Assembly (NCBI GenBank): GCA_050952645.1
Contig: JBMNLI010000001.1
Location: 1 to 12,951 of the forward strand
Origin: Bdellovibrionota bacterium
GTDB lineage: Bacteria; Bdellovibrionota_C; UBA2361; CAKMMH01
Reading direction: 5' to 3'
DNA: 12,951 bases
Of the stretch, positions 1 through 7,186 are shown one piece after another. Both the position numbers and the translations under genes were made by a program. The notes beneath the pieces are model-generated. The model had not been told where the DNA came from, ran no database searches, and saw only the letters and a program-made list of their open reading frames with translations. Within the stretch, counting starts at the first letter, position 1; each line of letters starts with the position of its first letter.

Positions 1-1
1 G

Positions 2-298
2 CTATCGATGGCGGCAGGGGTTTATCTTAATCCTTTTATGATAGCAGAATATGCAGGGGCTCCATCTAGCGTTACGGATAGGGCAACGTGGGGAGGTACG
101 ACACTAGACGGCATTCAAACTAGGGTAGATGGAGATGAGGCTTTAAAATCTGCTAAAGAGGCTTCTATAGATTACTATTTATTTATGCAATCTGCTTATT
201 ATCAATTTAGAGAAGGGAAGCTTAAAAAATTAAGAGGAGAAATAGACAAAGACAACCTTCCAAGTAATGAAGAAGATGATGATGAATGGGATTTTTAA
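2..298 (+). CDS. MlaA/VacJ family lipoprotein, C-terminal part (5' end outside window)
   Basis: The frame is open from the window edge. The segment LDGIQTRVD...KEASIDYYLFMQSAYYQFR resembles the MlaA C-terminal DxYxxxRxAYxQxR pattern and is followed by an acidic tail. Confidence 0.75.
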   Translation, partial: LSMAAGVYLNPFMIAEYAGAPSSVTDRATWGGTTLDGIQTRVDGDEALKSAKEASIDYYLFMQSAYYQFREGKLKKLRGEIDKDNLPSNEEDDDEWDF

Positions 299-299
299 T

Positions 300-851
300 A
301 TGAAGAAATTAACACTATTATTATTTATATTTTTTCTTACTAGTTGCGTTACTACTAAATTAGAACCGAAGGAAATTTCAAAAGATTTGCAAAGACTTTC
401 CTATGCTAATTGGAATCCAGTTTGTATAGAGGTAAAAGGAAATTTTAAAAAATCTATTGGGCGTCAATACGTTGTGCCTTTTATTCCTTTAGGTGAAATA
501 GTTTTAGAAAAATCTCCAAGGTCTTATATCTATTCTTCTATGTATAAAGTTTTAAGTCTTGCACGTTTTACGCCTAAATTTAACTCTAATGAATGCAAGG
601 ATATGTTAAGAATAAATATAAAAGATTTAAGATTGTCTGCGTACGATTTATTTTTTACTAGAAGAATAGTAGGAAGAATTAAGTATCAAATAGTATATAC
701 TAGAAATGGAGTGCTACACGATATTGTAGAAGATAGCATAAGGACTAATTATTATAAGCGTTATGCTTTTAAACCAGAGCTCGAGTACGTTTTAAATAAA
801 CTTTTAGATGAGTTTAGCCAAGAAGCTGTAGATATTATGAAATTTTTCTAA
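300..851 (+). CDS. Hypothetical lipoprotein (183 aa)
   Basis: The ATG at 300, 1 nt after the upstream stop, gives signal peptide MKKLTLLLFIFF with lipobox LTSC. The track start at 267 overlaps the upstream gene and is less likely. Confidence 0.75.
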   Translation: MKKLTLLLFIFFLTSCVTTKLEPKEISKDLQRLSYANWNPVCIEVKGNFKKSIGRQYVVPFIPLGEIVLEKSPRSYIYSSMYKVLSLARFTPKFNSNECKDMLRINIKDLRLSAYDLFFTRRIVGRIKYQIVYTRNGVLHDIVEDSIRTNYYKRYAFKPELEYVLNKLLDEFSQEAVDIMKFF

Positions 852-862
852 AGGGAACTAAA

Positions 863-1633
863 ATGAAAACTAATATAAAAACTAATAAAGCGAAAAGAGA
901 TGATATAGTAAATTTTTGCAAAGAATTTTTAAACACTGAAAGTTTTAAGGATTATTGCGTTAACGGGCTTCAAGTCGAGGGGGCTAAGAATGTATCAAAA
1001 ATAGTTACTGGTGTCACTTGGTGCCAAGAACTTTTCGACTATGCTATAGATACAAAAGCCGAGATGGTGTTAGTGCATCATGGCATATTTAAAGACCAGA
1101 TAGGAGAGCTTCCAGCGATAAAAGGTTATGTTAAGGGGCGTCTTTTACAATTATTAAAAAACGATATCTCTCTTTGTGGGTTTCACTTACCATTAGATGC
1201 GCATCCTAAAATAGGAAATAATGCTATAATATGCGACCTTTTAGAAATTAAAGATAGAGTGCCTTGCAGTTTTGGTTTTGTAGGAAATTTAAAAAAAGCG
1301 TGCACAGTAGTTGAGTTTAAAAAATATATAAAAAGCAAATTAGGGTTAGATGCTAAGATATTAAAAAATAATTCTAGCAAAGTTTCTAGGCTTGGGGTAG
1401 TTTCGGGGGGCAGTTCGCATTATTTCTCTGAAGCGGTGCCGTTTGGTATAGATAGTTTTATTTGTGGAGATATAAATGAGAAAGCCGTTCGTGCGGCAGA
1501 AGAGATGGAAATAAATCTTATCGGACTTGGGCATTACAATAGTGAAACTTTTGGTATAAAAAGGCTAGGAGAAGAGGTAGCAAAAAAATTTAATATAGAA
1601 GCTAAGTTTTTCGACGTTCCTAATGAGTTTTAG
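863..1633 (+). CDS. Nif3-like dinuclear metal center protein (YbgI/DUF34 family), copy 1
   Basis: Motifs DYxxNGLQVEG, LVHHG, FHLPLDAHPxxGNN and GHYNSETFG carry the His-His, Asp, His and Glu metal ligands. AAGGGA RBS lies upstream. Confidence 0.95.
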   Translation: MKTNIKTNKAKRDDIVNFCKEFLNTESFKDYCVNGLQVEGAKNVSKIVTGVTWCQELFDYAIDTKAEMVLVHHGIFKDQIGELPAIKGYVKGRLLQLLKNDISLCGFHLPLDAHPKIGNNAIICDLLEIKDRVPCSFGFVGNLKKACTVVEFKKYIKSKLGLDAKILKNNSSKVSRLGVVSGGSSHYFSEAVPFGIDSFICGDINEKAVRAAEEMEINLIGLGHYNSETFGIKRLGEEVAKKFNIEAKFFDVPNEF

Positions 1634-1939
1634 GTAGGAAAGAATGGCTTTTTGACGTTTTAAGTTTTAAGATAATTAGATTTTAGGATAATTAGAAGGT
1701 TTTTAGAGTTTTTGTGCTAAAGACTATTGCTCTTAAATCTCATTTTATAAGAATGCTTTAAACTGTCGCTTATTCTAGTAATTTTCTAATTAAAATTTCA
1801 TATTTTTTCTATATAAAAAATTATTTTTGTAGTAAAATAACGAAGTGTCTTTGTTATGCTTCAAGCGAATTTATTTATATTTATTTGCATTAAAACATTG
1901 CGTAACGGAATTAAAAAAATTTTTCTAAAGGAGATTAGA

Positions 1940-2716
1940 ATGAGCAAAGAAATAAATAAAAAAACTAATATGGTGAGAAGAGATGATATAGTAAATTTTT
2001 GCAAAGAATTTCTAAACACTGAGAACTTCCAAGATTATTATATTAACGGGCTTCAAGTCGAGGGGGCTAAGAACGTATCAAAAATAGTTACCGGCGTCAC
2101 TTGGTGCCAAGAACTTTTCGACTATGCTATAGATACAAAAGCCGAGATGGTGTTAGTGCATCATGGAATATATAAGGAAGAAATAGGGGAGCTTCCAGCG
2201 ATAAAAGGTTATGTTAAGGGGCGTCTTTTACAATTATTAAAAAACGATATCTCTCTTTGTGGGTTTCACTTACCATTAGATGCGCACCCTAAAATAGGAA
2301 ATAATGCTATAATATGCGACCTTTTAGAAATTAAAGATAGAGTGCCTTGCAGTTTTGGTTTTGTAGGAAATTTAAAAAAAGCGTGTACAGTAGTTGAGTT
2401 TAAAAAATATATAAAAAGCAAATTAGGGTTAGATGCTAAGATATTAAAAAATAATTCTAGCAAAGTTTTAAGAATTGGTGTTATTTCTGGTAGTAGCTCA
2501 TCTCTTTTCACTAAAGCTGCACCATTTGGTATAGATAGTTTTATTTGTGGAGATATTCATGAAGGAGCCGTTCGTGCGGCAGAGGAGATGGAAATAAATC
2601 TTATCGGACTTGGGCATTACAATAGTGAAACTTTTGGTATAAAAAGGCTAGGAGAAGAGGTAGCCAAAAAATTTAATATAGAAGCTAAGTTTTTCGACGT
2701 TCCTAATGAGTTTTAG
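1940..2716 (+). CDS. Nif3-like dinuclear metal center protein (YbgI/DUF34 family), copy 2 (258 aa)
   Basis: Same motifs as copy 1. AAGGAG at 1928-1933 precedes ATG 1940, which aligns with the copy 1 start. 18 aa differences over the 245 aligned residues from RDD onward. Confidence 0.95.
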   Translation: MSKEINKKTNMVRRDDIVNFCKEFLNTENFQDYYINGLQVEGAKNVSKIVTGVTWCQELFDYAIDTKAEMVLVHHGIYKEEIGELPAIKGYVKGRLLQLLKNDISLCGFHLPLDAHPKIGNNAIICDLLEIKDRVPCSFGFVGNLKKACTVVEFKKYIKSKLGLDAKILKNNSSKVLRIGVISGSSSSLFTKAAPFGIDSFICGDIHEGAVRAAEEMEINLIGLGHYNSETFGIKRLGEEVAKKFNIEAKFFDVPNEF

Positions 2717-2845
2717 GTAGGAAAGAATGGCTTTTTGACGTTTAAAGTTTTAAGATAATTAGATTTTAGGATAATTAGAAGGCAATTTTCTTTAAATTTT
2801 TTAAATTAAGTAAAGCCCCCTAAAAAAATCTCTAAACTCTTAAAC

Positions 2846-3877
2846 TTATGCTTTTATGACTCTCCATTTTCCTTTTATCGCAGAGCCTAAATATTCGATT
2901 TTGCCAGCTTCGGTCAATTTAGATAAATCTCTTTCGATAGTTCTAACGCTTACATTAAAAATTTTGCTTAGTTCAATGGCAGTTATATTAGAATTTTCTT
3001 TTATTAAAGATATAATTTCCTTTCGCCTTTCAGCCATAGATAGCTTACTATCATTTTGACCGACATTTTGACCGACATTTCGCTCATTTTGACCGACATT
3101 TTGACCGACATAATTTAAATTTTTTAAAATCGTAAAAAACGATGTTTCAGTCGACATAAACTCAGGCTTAAATTCTTCTAAATAATTTTCTTTAGATTTG
3201 TAAATCTCAACAATCTTTTTTAACCCCGACCCTCTTCTTTCCATTAAATTTATACGTGCAAATAAATCGGCAATAATAGGATTTCTTCTTGCAGAAGCAA
3301 TGCTGTTAAGTTCAACGTTTTGTATGAACGTTCCATCGTACATTCCACCTGGAGAATAAACCTCCAATCTATCATCATATATATCTATATGAATTTCGGC
3401 TCCTACAACCGCATAATCTCTATGTATTAAAGCATTAACCACAGCTTCTTGTACTGCCCTTTCAGGATATTCAGAATATTCTATCCTGTATTTTTTATCT
3501 TTCTTCCACATCTTTTTATTATTTCTTTTCACAAAATCTAGTGAAGCACTTAATAAATACAAAAGATTTCCCTCAAACTCTTTATCATCTAAAGCATCCA
3601 TCACTCCGTTAGCCTTATTTAATCCATTCCACCTAGTACAAAATACTCTCGATTGATAAAGCTGATGCCCATCTGCAAATAAAACTCCAGCAACCGTCAA
3701 AACTCCACTCTCATCTACTAATCCAAAGGATTTTAAATCTCTTTCTTCAAAAGCCTTTCCGTTTTTTTCTAACTCAAGCTTTAAATCATTAAACGACACA
3801 TCTTCTATTCGTTTTTTTGTCGGCATGGAATCAAACGAACGCTTTTCACCTCTTAAAGATAAATTAACGAGATTCAT
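2846..3877 (-). CDS. ATP-binding protein with HATPase_c_4 (RecG-C-like) domain and C-terminal HTH (COG2865-like); probably 5'-truncated
   Basis: Motifs EYPERAVQEAVVNALIHRDY, IDIYDDRLEVYSPGG, RNPIIADLF and MERRGSG, plus C-terminal HTH ITAIELSKIFNVSVRTIERDL...GKW. Confidence 0.85.
   Translation of the reverse strand: MNLVNLSLRGEKRSFDSMPTKKRIEDVSFNDLKLELEKNGKAFEERDLKSFGLVDESGVLTVAGVLFADGHQLYQSRVFCTRWNGLNKANGVMDALDDKEFEGNLLYLLSASLDFVKRNNKKMWKKDKKYRIEYSEYPERAVQEAVVNALIHRDYAVVGAEIHIDIYDDRLEVYSPGGMYDGTFIQNVELNSIASARRNPIIADLFARINLMERRGSGLKKIVEIYKSKENYLEEFKPEFMSTETSFFTILKNLNYVGQNVGQNERNVGQNVGQNDSKLSMAERRKEIISLIKENSNITAIELSKIFNVSVRTIERDLSKLTEAGKIEYLGSAIKGKWRVIKA
3051..3111. repeat. Intragenic nested tandem repeat encoding VGQN x4
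   Basis: TCATTTTGACCGACATTTTGACCGACAT occurs at 3051-3078 and 3084-3111 (33-bp period), each built from 12-bp units. Confidence 0.95.
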
Positions 3878-3888
3878 TCTTTGAGAAC

Positions 3889-5589
3889 CTACTCAATTAC
3901 TATCTTACTTTCTCCGATTATAGTATCATCTTCTGAAAAAACATTTATTACCGAATCTGGGGTCTGTTCTAAAATTTCTATCTTTTCATCATAGCTAAAA
4001 TCAATCCTAACAAACGCCTTTAAAAAATCACTCAAAGTTCTAAGTGCGTTTGCTAAAGCTTTTGAACTTCCATATATATTTAAAATAGCCTTGTTTTTCG
4101 TATCGTATTTTGTCCTTACAGCTTTAGCAGTTTTTTTAGATGCAACGCTAATAATTTCAGAAAGTAAATTTTCCGATGTAGCTATAATTAAATTATCTTT
4201 CCATTTTCCCATAAATAACCCAACACCTAAAGGAGTAATTAAGTATTCTATATCTAAATCATTAACTTTCTTTTTTTGCCAAGTATTAGCAGGAATAGGA
4301 AGCGAGTTTTTAGACGAGGATATAACATTTTTTATATCTTCTATAATTTTATCACTATCTTGCGCATTGCCTGCTACTATTGAAATACTAGGGAGTGCAA
4401 TCGAGCCAACTGGGCCTTGCAAAGTTACGCTTAAATCTTCCATGTTAAGTTGATGCGCATAGGGAGCTACTTTATCCTCGACTCCAAAGCCACTTATTAA
4501 ACCCTTAATAAAATTTACATTTGCCGTAATACTAATTATCGTATCGTGCGGAAGCACACTAGGAGCAACTACGGTATTAGACGAATTAAAAGTGCCTACA
4601 AATTTTTTCTGTTCCTCTGTTTGTGGATTATAAAAACTTGCAACTCTCGTTATTAGCATATCTTTATTATTAAAAGCTTGATTCATAACAACATTTTTTA
4701 CAGGAAGCTTAGAAAGCTCTTCTTGAACTTTTTTATCTGGTAAAAAATTAGAATTAAGAACTAATGCTGCAAAACCAAAACTCGTAGTATTATCTTTTAA
4801 AGATTTCTCATAAGACCTCTTAAAAGCTTCATCATTATTTATTAAATTCTCTACATACTTAGAATCAAAATCTTTAGTTAGATATCTTTTTATTAAATAA
4901 TCACGATTAGAAATCGCTAGTTCGCTACCATTTACTAAAAAATTCATATTAAACTCTTTAGCATTCTGCTTTCTAAAGGTTACGCTCACAACTTTATTAT
5001 CATCTATTTTAACTTCTTTATAATCAAAAGCATTTTCATTTGCAAACTCTTTAATTGCATTATAAACCTCATTTTCATCGAGCTTGTTCGATATTTTAAC
5101 GTACATACCAAGAGGAAAAGACCCTTCCTTTAATTCTTCAAAAAAGAAAACTCCTTTAGATGAAAAGTACGTAGCATCGAGTTTCTCAGTATTAAAAATT
5201 CTTTTTATAACTTCAAAATAATTTTTTATCGAGGCATCGCTCTTTGCTAAAGCTTCCGCAGTGTTTCTTGAAAAAGCTACGGGATGTTTTTTTATCATAT
5301 CTTGATATTCTTTATTAGTAGTATCCCATATAACAAAAAATGGTGAGTCAGCGCTTATTTTCTTTACAAAAACATTGCTTTCAAGCAACGCTTCTTCGCT
5401 AGAAAACATAGATTTAAAAAATGATAAGGCATCATTAAAATCTTTTTTTACAGGACGAGCTGCTAACAACACTACGAATAAAATTATCAAAAGTATTATT
5501 AGTCCTTTTTTACAAGGCTTGCAAGATTTACTAGTTTTGCATGATGCGCTAGTTTCACAAGATTTGTTATCTTCACAAGATTTATCCAT
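3889..5589 (-). CDS. Hypothetical membrane-anchored protein (566 aa), possibly DUF3352-like
   Basis: Long ORF with a Cys/Ser/Lys N-tail and one hydrophobic helix (GLIILLIILFVVLLAA). Two beta-rich repeats end in LAISNRDYLIKR and LIIATSENLLSE, which only loosely suggests DUF3352. Confidence 0.7.
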   Translation of the reverse strand: MDKSCEDNKSCETSASCKTSKSCKPCKKGLIILLIILFVVLLAARPVKKDFNDALSFFKSMFSSEEALLESNVFVKKISADSPFFVIWDTTNKEYQDMIKKHPVAFSRNTAEALAKSDASIKNYFEVIKRIFNTEKLDATYFSSKGVFFFEELKEGSFPLGMYVKISNKLDENEVYNAIKEFANENAFDYKEVKIDDNKVVSVTFRKQNAKEFNMNFLVNGSELAISNRDYLIKRYLTKDFDSKYVENLINNDEAFKRSYEKSLKDNTTSFGFAALVLNSNFLPDKKVQEELSKLPVKNVVMNQAFNNKDMLITRVASFYNPQTEEQKKFVGTFNSSNTVVAPSVLPHDTIISITANVNFIKGLISGFGVEDKVAPYAHQLNMEDLSVTLQGPVGSIALPSISIVAGNAQDSDKIIEDIKNVISSSKNSLPIPANTWQKKKVNDLDIEYLITPLGVGLFMGKWKDNLIIATSENLLSEIISVASKKTAKAVRTKYDTKNKAILNIYGSSKALANALRTLSDFLKAFVRIDFSYDEKIEILEQTPDSVINVFSEDDTIIGESKIVIE

Positions 5590-5726
5590 TTTTTTTAAAC
5601 TCCAATAATTTAAATTTATAAAAAAAATCTTTTAATACATCTATTTTAAAATTAATTTTCTTTAAACTTTATGTATTCAAATTTTAAGGTAAGCTTATAC
5701 AAAATACGATGAAGCAAAATAATATC

Positions 5727-5765
5727 TTTAAAATAAATTTTCTTAATTGTATAATATTAAGAAAA
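5727..5765 (+). promoter_or_regulatory. Putative sigma70 promoter with an inverted repeat around the -10 box
   Basis: TTTAAA (5727-5732), 17 nt, TATAAT (5750-5755). Arms TTTTCTTAAT (5738-5747) and ATTAAGAAAA (5756-5765). Confidence 0.4.
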
Positions 5766-5897
5766 AAATGTCTTCAGTAGTTTTTCCTCTAGGCATTTTA
5801 AAGCTTAATATATAACTTTTTATACAATATGATAGAAAATATTTCTAGTATAAATTTATCAAAAACTCCTTAAATACACTTATTTTTGTGAATTTTT

Positions 5898-6950
5898 ATG
5901 AAAAAGATATTATTTTTAGAAAAAGTATTTTTAAAAGAAAAGAAATCTCCTAATTTACGTGGTGTAGAACTTTTCAACCTAGCTTTAATTCAAGATTTAA
6001 TCGATGAAAATATAGAAATTTGGACGATAGCTCATATTTCTTGGAAAAAATTCTTTTCTGAAAAATTTAAATCTCCCTATTTACATATTACGTACACAAA
6101 AAGAAAGACTAGTTTTTTAAACGCTATGTTTTATTGTCTTTCACTTAAAAAAGAAAAAATCGATATTCTATTTTTAGCAAATACTGGGGATACTTTAATA
6201 GGAGCGATGCTAATTACTAAATTATTCAACGTAGCTAAAAGACAAGTTTTATTAGCACATAGAGAACCATCGAAAGCTTTTTTACTTGCCGCAAGACTAG
6301 TTAAATTAGAAACGATATCGGTAAACCAAAAATTTGCTAGTATTTTTAGAAAGGCAAAATGCAAACTAGCGGAAGTTTATTATGGCGTTAAAGATGCAGA
6401 AAGTTTTTTAAAGTGCGATTTACAAAGAAGCAATAAAAAAGTTATATTTGGAGTAGTAGGAGACCTAGACAATAAATGGAAAGGAGCCGATACTGCAATA
6501 GAGGCTTTTAAAATGCTTTCTAAAGAGGCAAGCGATATTTGTGAGCTAAAGCTTGCATCTTACAGTAAATCCTTACCTATAAATTTACCTAACAACATAC
6601 AAGCTTGCAAATGGCTACCATACGAAGAGATTATAAATCTTTTTGCTTCGCTAGATGTTTTAATCGTTCCATCTTATGATGAGGAAATAATGAGAGAAAC
6701 TTTTTCTCAAGCTATGGTGCAAGGGATGCTTTCAGGTCTTCCAATCCTAGTAAATGATATAGAAATTTTAAGAGAAAAATTAAACCAAGGCGGTGGATTT
6801 GTTTTTAAAAACGCACGTGAATTAAAAGAAAAAATTGAAGAACTAGCATTTAACAGAGACTTAAGAATTTATTTAGGGGAAAAAGCAAGAAAAGTCGCTA
6901 CAAAAAGATATATTTGGGATACTTCGTATTTTAATAAAAGGTTTTTATAA
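5898..6950 (+). CDS. Glycosyltransferase family 4 (GT-B) protein
   Basis: Motifs KWKGADTAIEAF, LFASLDVLIVPS and ETFSQAMVQGMLSGLPILVND, and the C-terminal pattern LGEKARKVATKRYIW. Confidence 0.9.
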   Translation: MKKILFLEKVFLKEKKSPNLRGVELFNLALIQDLIDENIEIWTIAHISWKKFFSEKFKSPYLHITYTKRKTSFLNAMFYCLSLKKEKIDILFLANTGDTLIGAMLITKLFNVAKRQVLLAHREPSKAFLLAARLVKLETISVNQKFASIFRKAKCKLAEVYYGVKDAESFLKCDLQRSNKKVIFGVVGDLDNKWKGADTAIEAFKMLSKEASDICELKLASYSKSLPINLPNNIQACKWLPYEEIINLFASLDVLIVPSYDEEIMRETFSQAMVQGMLSGLPILVNDIEILREKLNQGGGFVFKNARELKEKIEELAFNRDLRIYLGEKARKVATKRYIWDTSYFNKRFL

Positions 6951-6997
6951 TCTTTTTTGACTCTAACTTATTAAAATTATTAAAAATCTAAGATTAT

Positions 6998-7039
6998 CTC
7001 TAAATTCTAGACTCTAAACTCTAAACCTTAAAACTAAAA
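6998..7039. repeat. Degenerate heptamer array (CTCTAAA)n
   Basis: CTCTAAA TTCTAGA CTCTAAA CTCTAAA CCTTAAA ACTAAAA. Confidence 0.6.
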
Positions 7040-7060
7040 TAAGGAGTTTAAACATTGGCA

Positions 7061-7157
7061 TCTTATTTCATTTTAATGCATCAAAATGAAATAAGAACGC
7101 TTTTTTTCACCCCTTATTTCATTTTAACTTGATAAAATGAAATAAAAAGAATAAGAT
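7061..7157 (+). promoter_or_regulatory. Two palindromic putative operators and an overlapping sigma70 promoter for the fic gene
   Basis: TTATTTCATTTT-N8-AAAATGAAATAA at 7063-7094 and 7114-7145. TTGATA (7129-7134), 17 nt, TAAGAT (7152-7157). Confidence 0.7.
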
Positions 7158-7186
7158 ATCATTGTTATTTTATATTAGAAATAAAA

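Larger units (their letters stand above)
840..2782 (+). repeat. Direct duplication: unit 1 ~840-1699, unit 2 ~1917-2782
   Basis: Both units begin AAATTTTTCTAAAGG (840-854; 1917-1931). The offset is a constant 1083 across the CDS core. Identity continues 66 nt past the stop (one mismatch) and ends at 1699/2782. Confidence 0.92.

Noticed and set aside
1856..1939. N-terminal extension of Nif3 copy 2 given in the ORF track
   Set aside because: No SD at 1856. ATG 1940 has AAGGAG and matches the copy 1 start.
863..2716. Diversity-generating retroelement (TR/VR) explanation for the Nif3 copies
   Set aside because: Differences are not adenine-specific (many G/T and C/T changes), both copies are full genes, and no reverse transcriptase is in the window.
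3051..3111. CRISPR or iteron repeats
   Set aside because: Intragenic and in frame, with no unique spacers.
7061..7145. CRISPR mini-array or intrinsic terminators
   Set aside because: Only two units with differing centres, under 20 nt apart, and no cas genes. The stems are AT-rich. The first hairpin is followed by a T-run at 7101-7107, so a terminator role is not fully excluded.
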